A DNA stretch of 64,000 bases from a virus, in IMG/VR virus record IMGVR_UViG_3300030419_001717, positions 6,373 through 70,372 of that record. One strand, given 5' to 3'. Position 1 is the stretch's first letter; each line of letters starts with the position of its first letter. The notes under the pieces were generated by a model, which saw only the letters and a program-made list of their open reading frames with translations, searched no databases and had not been told where the DNA came from. Below, in pieces: positions 26,582 through 35,924 of the stretch. Made by a program: the position numbers and the translations under genes.

Positions 26582-27184
26582 ATGAAAGAAGTGATGAGAA
26601 AATATAGCACCACATTTTTTGAATGTATGAAAGATTGGCCTGAACATATTAAACAAGACATATATAAGTTATATGCCTATCTAAGAGTATGTGATGAAGT
26701 AGTAGAAGGTCAAGAGGACTACAGTGCTAGTGAGAAAATGAAGATAACTAAAGAGTTCCATGAAGTATTTGATAGGTATGAGATGGAAGGTAAGTGGCTT
26801 GATTCATTCCATCATGCTATGTTAACTGATTTAAATAAAAAGAAACATACTATAGTGTCAATGTTAGAATACTGTAAAGGTTCTTCTGAGACAGTAGGAC
26901 TTATGATGTCACGTATCTTAGGGTGTCCACCTGAAGCAGATGAATATGCAAAGGCTTTGGGTAGAGCATATCAAATAATAAACTTCGTTAGAGATTATGA
27001 AGAAGACATAGAGAAGGGATATCATTATATAGGTGAAGACCATACATTATACCTATTACTCTTTATAGAAGAGTTAGAAACAGCTATGGAAGGAATCAAT
27101 TACATACCAGAAGATTTGCGTGGTCCTATTATTAAAGCTAACCAAGCATACATAGAGGTGGCACGTGAAGCCAACTTACTATAA
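26582..27184 (+). CDS. Squalene/phytoene synthase family protein (CrtB/HpnC-D-like)
   Basis: YSTTF, LYAYLRVCDEVVE, YC.G....VGLMM and LGRAYQIINFVRDYEED..KG..YI. Confidence 0.88.
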   Translation: MKEVMRKYSTTFFECMKDWPEHIKQDIYKLYAYLRVCDEVVEGQEDYSASEKMKITKEFHEVFDRYEMEGKWLDSFHHAMLTDLNKKKHTIVSMLEYCKGSSETVGLMMSRILGCPPEADEYAKALGRAYQIINFVRDYEEDIEKGYHYIGEDHTLYLLLFIEELETAMEGINYIPEDLRGPIIKANQAYIEVAREANLL

Positions 27185-27431
27185 AGTGCTATGGCACAAC
27201 TGCAATAGGTGTAAAACCCACTATACTAGTGAAGCACCTCATCTTAAAGCATATCTATGTGATGATTGTTGGGGCGCTATACCTCACTTTCAAGTAAAGA
27301 ATGTTCAAACAGTTCAAAGGAAAGTAATGAAGAAGAAAAATAAAGATATAGATTGGGGAACAATAATATTATATACCATCGGCAATCTAATATGTTTAGG
27401 AGTAATCGCATATTATTTGTGGTTTAAATGA
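27165..27431 (+). CDS. Zinc finger plus TM protein
   Basis: CNRC...CDDC followed by a C-terminal hydrophobic helix. Confidence 0.65.
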   Translation: MKPTYYKVLWHNCNRCKTHYTSEAPHLKAYLCDDCWGAIPHFQVKNVQTVQRKVMKKKNKDIDWGTIILYTIGNLICLGVIAYYLWFK

Positions 27432-27657
27432 TTATGACAGAATGCAACAGATGTTTAAAAAACGCTTTCGTATGGACATACGATGGCAGAAAACGGTGTG
27501 TTAACTGTAACCCCTATAAGGAAGAATGATGGATATAATCCCATTAGAAATTTCACGTATAGACCAGATTAAAGTCTATACTTTACAAGTTATATGCTAC
27601 ACTACAGCGAAAGCTTTATATATTGTGTAGTTATGTTAGGTTCACAGGAGTGATTAA

Positions 27658-27963
27658 ATGTCAGAAAGAACAGAAATATTCGACAGAGTTTACAGAGCCG
27701 CTGAGCATTATCAGAGGACAGGTAAACATAAGCAAGTAAGCTTTAGGTATAATCCTGAAGCAAGAACAGAGTTTGACTTCTCTCAATGGAAACATTCAAG
27801 AGACCACGACTCAGTTAGAAAAATCTTAGTAGAAGATGTAAAAGTATCAAGCGATGGTATGGTATATGCTATTGGAGTAGATAACAGATATAACCTTAAA
27901 CAGTTTACTGCACAATACCCTCAGCATGTCAGAGCTTATCGTATTGATAGGATGGTAGTATGA
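27658..27963 (+). CDS. Stand-alone WYL-like domain protein
   Basis: V.FRY...R.I......G.VYAIGVD...RAYRIDRM matches the WYL R.FR.DRI signature; own TATA near 27612. Confidence 0.6.
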   Translation: MSERTEIFDRVYRAAEHYQRTGKHKQVSFRYNPEARTEFDFSQWKHSRDHDSVRKILVEDVKVSSDGMVYAIGVDNRYNLKQFTAQYPQHVRAYRIDRMVV

Positions 27964-28127
27964 AACAAGTAAGTAGTATAAAACGTATAAGTGAATACAA
28001 GTCAGTCTATATCCCTGATGTTATCTTAGAAGATATGAAATTAGATTCTGGAGATAATGTTGTGTGGTTTCAGAATGATGACGGACACTATCTCATAAAG
28101 AAAGTTCAAGTAGATATACTCGATTAG
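27960..28127 (+). CDS. AbrB/SpoVT-like DNA-binding protein
   Basis: 55 aa; SVYIPDVILEDMKLDSGDNVVW...LIKKV; ATGA overlap. Confidence 0.7.
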   Translation: MKQVSSIKRISEYKSVYIPDVILEDMKLDSGDNVVWFQNDDGHYLIKKVQVDILD

Positions 28128-28136
28128 AGGTTAACT

Positions 28137-29622
28137 ATGGGTGAACTTTTAGAAGGCTTTTGTAAGCTTATAAAGGCTGATGAGGATGTAATGTCTATTG
28201 CTGAGTTAATGACTACAGAAGAGATAAAGCAATGGGAATTATTAGTCAAAGCTTTTAGAGATATAAACGTGACAACAATAGGTAAAGACTTAGAAAGAGT
28301 AAATGATTTCTATAAATTAGAAAGATGGCAAGAAATGGCTATACTCGCATTGGTTAAACACTTTGAGTTAATGATTAAGACTGCTCAAGATGATGGCCAA
28401 GCTTTACTACAGTTGAAAGAAAATTTAGAAAAGAGTGAACATAACATAGAGGTGCCATCATACGATGGTATGTTCGGATGAGATGTTTACAGTGTGGGGG
28501 AGATTACGTAGGGATGAAAAAATCTCATACGTTTAACTGTCCCCACTGTGGAAAATTAAAGGTGAAAAAAGATGAGTAGATGGGATGCCTTTGATAAGAT
28601 ATGGGCTAAAGGTAAAACCAATAAAATGGTTCAACGCCTTATGTCTAAGTGTGTTCAAAGAAAGTTAGAACCTACGGAAGAAAACTGTAGGGACTATTGG
28701 ATGGGTTATATCAGATACTATAAAGATGCCCACACAGGACAAGAGTATCATTTGAATCCACGTAAAAACAAAACAATAATGAAAATGTTAAAGAGAAATA
28801 GACATGACAATAGCAGACGAGAAAAAAGCAAGAAAGGACCATCATATAAGATGGGCAGAAGAAATAAATCAAAGAAACGCAAGATATAGTGAAGAAAGTA
28901 ATTGGTATCCCTTCGTTCAAAATGTAGAAGATATACTCAAGAGGATAGACTATATGTCTCAGAGATTTGATGACATAGAGAATAGAATCGGTGAAGTAGA
29001 TGGGAAGATTAATAACTTAAGAAAAATTTTAATTAAACTTGAGGTAATAGATGACAGATTTATCTTCTAATGATAACAAAGAGGATGTGGCTGATATGGC
29101 GGCCGAATTGATTAACGAAAAAATCAATGCTGCCAGACGTGATACTCAGCAAACCCACTTACTACGTATAGGACCATTCCATATGGAGATAGTCCCCAAC
29201 CCTGACTTAGACGTAGAAGAGTTTTTTACTCAGACATATAAATATATATGCGAAGAGTATAAAGACAACAAAGCCTTCTGGAACGCAAGTGAGATGGGTA
29301 ATAAGCATTATCAATGAAAACTATAAAAGAAGATGAGGTAGTTGGTAAATGCACACTATGTGCATCCACTATCCACGATAATGATTATTGGGTGAATGAG
29401 ACTGCCGTAGTAATAAATGCCACATGGTTATGTGGTGAATGTTTAGCTAACTTATGGTCAGCATCAACAGAAGCACTTAAAAGATATAAGGTGCATCTTA
29501 ATGATACTAAGACCACAAACGAAAAGATAGCTAATGAATATGGTATATCTATAGACCCAAAAACAGGCAAACTAAAGAAAGCAAAAGCTTTAAATAGAGA
29601 CCAGACATTGGTCAAAACATAA
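28137..29622 (+). CDS. Run of small hypothetical proteins (28137-28481, 28478-28579 CPxCG finger, 28572-28889, 28804-29070, 29051-29317, 29314-29622)
   Basis: Contiguous or overlapping plus-strand ORFs; two contain CxxC pairs. Confidence 0.7.
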
Positions 29623-29636
29623 AAGGAGAAGAAACT

Positions 29637-29846
29637 ATGACAGAACAAAAGAAAACTGGATTAGAACTTGTAGTCGGATTGTTCCGAAACACAGATAAGA
29701 ACGGCAACGTATACTACACTGGCAAGAACGAAGCTGGTGATGAATTCGTTATGTTCAGAAACTCTTATTGGAAGGAAGGGGCATCTAAGCCATACTTCCG
29801 TTTAATGAAGAGAACTGAAGCAAGTGCAACAAAGATAGAGGATTAG
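29637..29846 (+). CDS. Small beta-rich protein (DUF736-like)
   Basis: VGLFRNTDKNGNVYYTG...MFRN...KPYFRL; strong SD. Confidence 0.55.
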   Translation: MTEQKKTGLELVVGLFRNTDKNGNVYYTGKNEAGDEFVMFRNSYWKEGASKPYFRLMKRTEASATKIED

Positions 29847-29850
29847 AGAT

Positions 29851-30222
29851 ATGGCACACCCATTAGACGACCTTATGGACGCTTGGATGGATATGATAAC
29901 TGCTAGACCACCTCGTTTCAGAGCTACACAGTTTCCAACATGGAACAATAAAGATGACATAGGAGACTGGGAAGATAAGAACGGTGAGATAACTATCACT
30001 GTCGATATGCCCGGAGTAGCGAAGAAAGATATAGAAATGCATGTTGATAAGCATTTAGTAAAGGTAGAAGCTTCTACTGAGGATAGGGATTATTCCTTCT
30101 CAAAGAAGTTTACACCTGAACTCAACCCTGATAAGGTAGAAGCTAAATTCAACAATGGTGTTCTAGATATCAAAATCCAAAAGGCTGAAGAAAGTAAAGG
30201 TAAGAAGATAAGTATTAAATGA
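29851..30222 (+). CDS. hsp20: Small heat-shock protein (Hsp20)
   Basis: VDMPGVAKKDI...AKFNNGVLDIKI.K and a C-terminal IxI. Confidence 0.92.
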   Translation: MAHPLDDLMDAWMDMITARPPRFRATQFPTWNNKDDIGDWEDKNGEITITVDMPGVAKKDIEMHVDKHLVKVEASTEDRDYSFSKKFTPELNPDKVEAKFNNGVLDIKIQKAEESKGKKISIK

Positions 30223-30911
30223 GTGTTTACTCAGATTGGATACAGTCGCCCAAAAGTCAAAGAGTATGGTTAGAAGACTCAATGAGTGCGTTGGGACAAT
30301 TCGCATTTATAGCACCAATTCATAGAGTGAAACATTGGAATCAATCCACGAGACGTAGAGTTAAATGTTGGGCTGAAGAAGGTGAATGTGTATTCTGTAA
30401 ACAAGATATACCACGTATAAATGAATTTACATATGGTATATATCATAATGATACAGAGTATATAGGTGGTGGTAAGCATAATATATCTTACTTATCTGCT
30501 ACCTTAGCAACACATACACACTTTCAAAAGACATTCTCAAAGTTGATAGATGAAAACATTAATCCTACTGATGTAGTGTTCGAATTAAAGAGAACTAAAA
30601 TAACTACGTCACAAGGTAGAACAGTTAATGGTTACGCCTTAGACCAAACAGATATGGAATCTTTTGTAAAGGAGAAATTCAGACCCTCCCTATTTAACTC
30701 AGAAGAACAAGAGTATACTTGGATAGTTCCAGAAGAGATAGTGAAGTTTTTGGAAGAGAAAGATGGAGAGCCTATGTCTCTAATTGATTTGTTCCTATCC
30801 TTAAAGGATAACTTTACAGGTATGAGTGAAAAGGAATTAAAAACCTATGCTATTCGATTATGTGAGAACAATGTTCTCAACCTGAGAAGAGCGAGGAAGA
30901 AATGGATATGA
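30219..30911 (+). CDS. Putative Zn-binding ssDNA-binding protein (gp32-like)
   Basis: HW...C......CxxC metal site and OB-like strands; located in the replication block. Confidence 0.45.
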   Translation: MSVYSDWIQSPKSQRVWLEDSMSALGQFAFIAPIHRVKHWNQSTRRRVKCWAEEGECVFCKQDIPRINEFTYGIYHNDTEYIGGGKHNISYLSATLATHTHFQKTFSKLIDENINPTDVVFELKRTKITTSQGRTVNGYALDQTDMESFVKEKFRPSLFNSEEQEYTWIVPEEIVKFLEEKDGEPMSLIDLFLSLKDNFTGMSEKELKTYAIRLCENNVLNLRRARKKWI

Positions 30912-31014
30912 ACTGGTTCAGTGACTATGATAGCCCCAACCACTTAGATATTATATTCTTTGGTATAGTGTGGTCTTTCTTAATGATAGAGTATTATTTA
31001 TGGAGAGTAAATAA

Positions 31015-32487
31015 ATGAAAAAATATGAAGTTCACGACTTAACAAGATATTTTCATAATGTTAAGAATAAAAAAGGAGAGCTGAATCCTATCTTAGGAGA
31101 AGATGCCACCGCTTTAACAGCATGTTTATCTTATCTTTTAGAAGACACAAACTTTGTTATTAAGGCTTATTCAGGGACAGGTAAGACAGTCATCATGGAT
31201 GCTATCTTTGGCCTGTTACCTGATGAGTTTTATCATACTATGGAGCATCTTTCTGAGACTGCTGTATGGTATGATGCTGATAAGATAAATCGTTCAAGGT
31301 TTGTAGCCATACCAGAAGCGCAAAAGTTACCCGAAGGAGTAATGGAAGTCATTAAGACTTGGGGTGACAGCAGGGCAGCCTTTAGAAAAAAGACTGATAT
31401 TACGGTAGGAGAGACTGTTAGACAGACTCTTAATCCAAAATATGTCTTCATGTGTGTAGCAGTAGAAAACACAAAAGGTTCATCCTATTTCGACGCAGAG
31501 TTAGAACGTAGATGTATGATTATGCATACTAACCCTACAGTTGTTCAAACTGAAAGAGTTATAAAGCATAAGCTGTTAGAGGCTGCATCTCCACTAACTG
31601 ATTTAACTACTATGTCTGATGAAGAGATAGAAGGATTGCGTAGACATATACTAGATGTTATAGTAAATAGAGATGATGAAGAAGCTATAAAATTGAAGAA
31701 CCCCTGTGCGCCATTTTTATTTGAGGCTATACCAAGTGCCTTCCCTGTCTCAAGGTCTAAAGTCCAGTATCTATTAAAACTGATTAATGCAGTTGCTAGA
31801 TTTTATCCTGATGAGATTCTAAGGGTAGAGAAAGATGGAGTTAAATATGGACTCGTGACCCCTAAACATAACTGGTTAGGATTACGTATATATTTAAATT
31901 CATTTGTTGAAGAATGTTTACATATGCCAAGTCATGGAACAGATATACTTAAATTATTCCCTGATACAAGACTAGATAAATTTGGTTTTGCAGATGGGGA
32001 AACTATAAGAATGTCCACTAATGAAATAAAGAAAGCTGCTAAGGCAGTTGGTCTACCTTTCACTAAACTAGACCCTATACTAATGGGTTTAGTTATGACA
32101 GGTTTCTTAGAAATGGATGATGATAAAGGTAAGCGTATGTATTACAAAAGTCCACTGATAGACGAACCAGTGGCAAAAATAAACTGGAGTGAGTTAATTG
32201 AAGAAACGAAAGAGTTTATGGGAAAGAACTGGTCTACCGTGGCTGGGGAATACAATGGTCGCTTTTGTAGCGATATTAAAATTGTTGACCCGTTTACTGG
32301 CGACAACGTTAGGTTGGGTTCGAGAGCAAAGACAGCAACGGAAGTAGAGAAAATGGATTACCCAAAGGTTTTTAAAACCAAACGTGATTCAGAGATTAAG
32401 GACTATGAGTCCTTTCTATTAAATGCAGAAGGAGATTATAATGAAAAAGAACTCAAAGATATCAAACATACCTTTCAGAAAGGTTAA
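31015..32487 (+). CDS. AAA+ ATPase, candidate MCM-related replicative helicase
   Basis: Walker A YSGTGKT, Walker B-like VAIPE, ELERR arginine finger, possible C-terminal winged helix. Confidence 0.6.
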   Translation: MKKYEVHDLTRYFHNVKNKKGELNPILGEDATALTACLSYLLEDTNFVIKAYSGTGKTVIMDAIFGLLPDEFYHTMEHLSETAVWYDADKINRSRFVAIPEAQKLPEGVMEVIKTWGDSRAAFRKKTDITVGETVRQTLNPKYVFMCVAVENTKGSSYFDAELERRCMIMHTNPTVVQTERVIKHKLLEAASPLTDLTTMSDEEIEGLRRHILDVIVNRDDEEAIKLKNPCAPFLFEAIPSAFPVSRSKVQYLLKLINAVARFYPDEILRVEKDGVKYGLVTPKHNWLGLRIYLNSFVEECLHMPSHGTDILKLFPDTRLDKFGFADGETIRMSTNEIKKAAKAVGLPFTKLDPILMGLVMTGFLEMDDDKGKRMYYKSPLIDEPVAKINWSELIEETKEFMGKNWSTVAGEYNGRFCSDIKIVDPFTGDNVRLGSRAKTATEVEKMDYPKVFKTKRDSEIKDYESFLLNAEGDYNEKELKDIKHTFQKG

Positions 32488-32761
32488 ACTTCCTGTTAAG
32501 GATGAACAGTTCGCTGTAGTAAGTGAGATGTCTGGGGGTTCACGATTGAAAGCTATGTGTGAGGATGGTCAAACACGCATGGTAAGAATAGGTGGTAAAT
32601 TTAAAAGAAGAATGTGGGTCAGAGAAAATGACCTTATTCTTATTAAGCCGTGGACTGTGCAAACAGAAAGTAAAGCTGATTTAGTTCATAGGTATTTACC
32701 AACAGAAAGGAAATGGATAATTAACAGAGATATAATACCAGAGGAGTTAAACATATGGTAG
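32441..32761 (+). CDS. eif1a: Translation initiation factor aIF-1A
   Basis: AVV.EM.GG.RL.A.CEDG.TR..RI.GK.KRRMWVRE.D.I...PW......KAD.V.RY. Confidence 0.93.
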   Translation: MKKNSKISNIPFRKVKLPVKDEQFAVVSEMSGGSRLKAMCEDGQTRMVRIGGKFKRRMWVRENDLILIKPWTVQTESKADLVHRYLPTERKWIINRDIIPEELNIW

Positions 32762-33120
32762 AAGAAGTAATAAACATATTAGAACCGGAATGGATGAAGT
32801 TGGGTATTGAAGCAAGTTATATGGATTTTACACGTAGAACTGCGAAATACCCTAAAGAAAAAGAAGTAGAATACCTAATGATAGGGTTAATGAATGAGGC
32901 AGGGGAAGTAGGCGGAGCCTTCAAGAAAGAGATAAGAGATAACGTAGACAATAAAGAACTCATCATAGATGAAATGGGTGATGTCTTATGGTATCTTACA
33001 CGACTTTGTGATGTGTATGATATAAGAGTATCAGACCTAATGAGAACAAACATGATTAAGTTATTTCAAAGAATGTCCCCTGAACAAGCTGAAGAGTATA
33101 GGGGAATTTCTACAGAATGA
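32755..33120 (+). CDS. MazG-like NTP pyrophosphohydrolase
   Basis: GLMNEAGEV...KK and DEMGDVLWY motifs. Confidence 0.9.
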   Translation: MVEEVINILEPEWMKLGIEASYMDFTRRTAKYPKEKEVEYLMIGLMNEAGEVGGAFKKEIRDNVDNKELIIDEMGDVLWYLTRLCDVYDIRVSDLMRTNMIKLFQRMSPEQAEEYRGISTE

Positions 33121-33407
33121 GCGTTGACATTAAAGAGTTAAAAGTTAACACAGAAGATGAACGCAAAGATTGGATAGACCTTTTATATCATTGTGTGAAT
33201 TTTCATGAACAGATAGCACAAGAAGTTAAGTCAGAGATACTGGGTGATGAAGAATCGAAAGCGATGTATATGTATCACTCTTCTATGGCTAACGCTGTAA
33301 GAGACGCTATAGGTTTAATTCAAATGTGGGAGATAAAAGAAGAGAATGAAATTAAAACTGCTAAAGAAATCATGGATGAACAAAGACAGATAGGTAGACC
33401 AGAATGA
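33117..33407 (+). CDS. Hypothetical protein
   Basis: 96 aa, coupled on both sides. Confidence 0.7.
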   Translation: MSVDIKELKVNTEDERKDWIDLLYHCVNFHEQIAQEVKSEILGDEESKAMYMYHSSMANAVRDAIGLIQMWEIKEENEIKTAKEIMDEQRQIGRPE

Positions 33408-35623
33408 AAGTACCACTAATAGCAACCGTAAGTCATAGGACTATAGACTTAAGAGATGGTTCACAGAAAATTAAGATATATAGAAATGGAAATGTAGAAG
33501 CTGTTAAGAGTCCTCTTATACCTTACTACTATACTGTAGATGAGAATGGTAAAGAGTATAAAACTATTGCCAGTGATAAGAAGATAAAACTTAAAAGAAA
33601 TAACTACGTTCCAAACAAAGATGCCGTTCCACCAAATGCGTTCTATGATGGTGGACGTGAAGCCCTTCTGGAGCGACTCGTAATCGAGAACCCTGACTTC
33701 TTTAGTCAGTACCCTAACACGGATGACTTAAAGTGTCTCGTGTTCGATATCGAAACGCACTCACCTGATGGGGGATTTCCTTTTGGTGAGAAATACCCTG
33801 TTGTAGCGATTGGCATAGTAACGTCCACTGGAGAACGTGAAGTTCTTTTGTGGGATGGTAAAGATGACAGAGATGTTATACTTAAGTTCGCTGAATATGT
33901 GCATGATTATGACCCAGACATTATATGTGGGTATAACCTCGTAGGGTATGATATCCCTCAAATATTACATAGAGCTAATTTCCATGGCCTTAAAGGCTAT
34001 AAAAAGATACTTAACAGAGATAACAGTGAATGGGGATGGGAGTCCCCTAAAGACCAAAAAGAATTGAAGATGAACGCCGGAGGACGCATAGTTCTCGATT
34101 TACTGAGATGGACACGACTTGATTACTCCCTATCAGGTATTCCAAGAGGTCTAAAAAGTGTAGCAAAGAATTTTGGATTAGAGCCATTAGAGCTTGACTT
34201 TGCTAACAAAGACTTGTTGGATTATTCCATAGAAGAGATAAACGATTACGTCTTAAGTGACGTAGACGCCACCATGTATCTCTATAACCACTATTTTCCC
34301 CAGATTCAGTATATCGCAGAAACATTATGCGTTCCACTGGCAACATATGTCAATGCTCCATCTAGTTATATAACTAAAATATTACAAGGGAGGAGCTTGT
34401 TTGAGCAAGGCATAGTAACGCTTGATAGAAATAAAGAACGACACCCTACTATCTTTAAAGCTGACAGAGGGAACTATCAAGCTGCACATATAGAGCTTTA
34501 CAGTCCCGGATTTCATCAGAAGAATGTAAAGATAGACTTTAGTGCATTCTATCCCTCAATCGCAATGGCGCTGAATTTAGGCCCAGATACTACACAAATT
34601 GTAGGATATGACGACTATAGTGAGAAGCTAGAATTCAAAGATGGGATACTTTACGTGCCTGATAACAAGGTGGGTAAAAGACTAATGGTTAAAATAGACC
34701 AGTCTAGGAAGAGCTGTCTATATAAAATGTGCACAGAATTCACAGAAATGCGAAAGCCTTATAAGCTTGGGTCCACGAAAGAAGATAAGAGCAAATCAAA
34801 TGCTCTGAAAATAATGGTGAATACATTCTATGGTGCAAACGCTAATCCTTATATTACTTATGGTGACATGGGTGTTGGTATTACTATCACAGCAGTTGCG
34901 CGCTGGCTCCTTCTTTCAGCTGTCGATATTATCCGTGCGAGATATGGAGAGGATGCTGTGGTATATGTTCATACTGATGGGATTAATACTAATGTGGATG
35001 TTGATGAGTCATGGGTAGTAAAAAGATTGAGGGCTTTGCTTAAGCATGTTGTTACTGATGCTGAGCCGCAGCATATATCTATGGATAAAGACTACTTTAA
35101 AGAAGGTGTATGGCTTCAAGTAGGAAACTATGTCTTAAGAAATGAAGATGGTAGTCTAACCAAACATGGAAGTACATTCAAAGCAACGAGTCGTTCTAAG
35201 TTTTATCTTAAAGTGTTAGATAAAATTATAGAGAATCGTATAAACAATACTATTAATAATACATTTATTGATAAGCTATATGATTTGAATGAGTATGAAT
35301 TAGAAGATTTTGTTATGCGTAAAAGTCAAGGACGTAAAAAGGAAGACTATAAATCTGAGACTGATTTAATTCTTAAATTAATTGCTATGGGAGAAGCTAT
35401 AGGTATGGAGTCTACTGAAGGAACTACATATTATTATGTTAAAACAAAGGAAGGTTATAAGTTAGAATCTACCGTTAAAGATATAGACGAGATAGATATG
35501 AGATACTATTGGGATACTATCAGTACATTGTTGCAGAAGTTTCAATTACAGAGTTGGATAAAGAAAAGACCACCACTAACAGTATTAGATAGTAAACAAC
35601 AGAGTTTAATGGAGTGGATATAA
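33404..35623 (+). CDS. polB: Family B DNA polymerase
   Basis: Exonuclease FDIET and GYN..GYD; polymerase DFSAFYPS, KIMVNTFYG and HTDG. Confidence 0.96.
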   Translation: MKVPLIATVSHRTIDLRDGSQKIKIYRNGNVEAVKSPLIPYYYTVDENGKEYKTIASDKKIKLKRNNYVPNKDAVPPNAFYDGGREALLERLVIENPDFFSQYPNTDDLKCLVFDIETHSPDGGFPFGEKYPVVAIGIVTSTGEREVLLWDGKDDRDVILKFAEYVHDYDPDIICGYNLVGYDIPQILHRANFHGLKGYKKILNRDNSEWGWESPKDQKELKMNAGGRIVLDLLRWTRLDYSLSGIPRGLKSVAKNFGLEPLELDFANKDLLDYSIEEINDYVLSDVDATMYLYNHYFPQIQYIAETLCVPLATYVNAPSSYITKILQGRSLFEQGIVTLDRNKERHPTIFKADRGNYQAAHIELYSPGFHQKNVKIDFSAFYPSIAMALNLGPDTTQIVGYDDYSEKLEFKDGILYVPDNKVGKRLMVKIDQSRKSCLYKMCTEFTEMRKPYKLGSTKEDKSKSNALKIMVNTFYGANANPYITYGDMGVGITITAVARWLLLSAVDIIRARYGEDAVVYVHTDGINTNVDVDESWVVKRLRALLKHVVTDAEPQHISMDKDYFKEGVWLQVGNYVLRNEDGSLTKHGSTFKATSRSKFYLKVLDKIIENRINNTINNTFIDKLYDLNEYELEDFVMRKSQGRKKEDYKSETDLILKLIAMGEAIGMESTEGTTYYYVKTKEGYKLESTVKDIDEIDMRYYWDTISTLLQKFQLQSWIKKRPPLTVLDSKQQSLMEWI

Positions 35624-35716
35624 TGCCGCAATCTTTATATACTATATCGTCATATAACTATCTAGTTGCGGAGTCTGTTTCGAAAACACGACCCTGCCAA
35701 CCTAATAAAGGAGATA

Positions 35717-35917
35717 ATGAATATGGATGAAAATGACGGTAAAGGACTTGCTTCGTTCTTGAAGGAAAAAGAAGTTAAAGTAGTATGGCGAGAAGAGGAA
35801 AAGACGAAAGTCGGTAGAGGAATGATAGTAAACGATGATGATAATTTTGTATACCTTACAGGTGAGAAAGGAACTGTCGTAGTTAATAAAAGAGATATCA
35901 TTGCTATAAAACAGTGA
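35717..35917 (+). CDS. Sm/LSm-like small beta-barrel protein
   Basis: 66 aa: helix, V.V.W, RG.I...DDNFVYL, VVVNKRDIIAI; GGAGA SD; own TATA near 35634. Confidence 0.6.
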   Translation: MNMDENDGKGLASFLKEKEVKVVWREEEKTKVGRGMIVNDDDNFVYLTGEKGTVVVNKRDIIAIKQ

Positions 35918-35924
35918 GATAACT

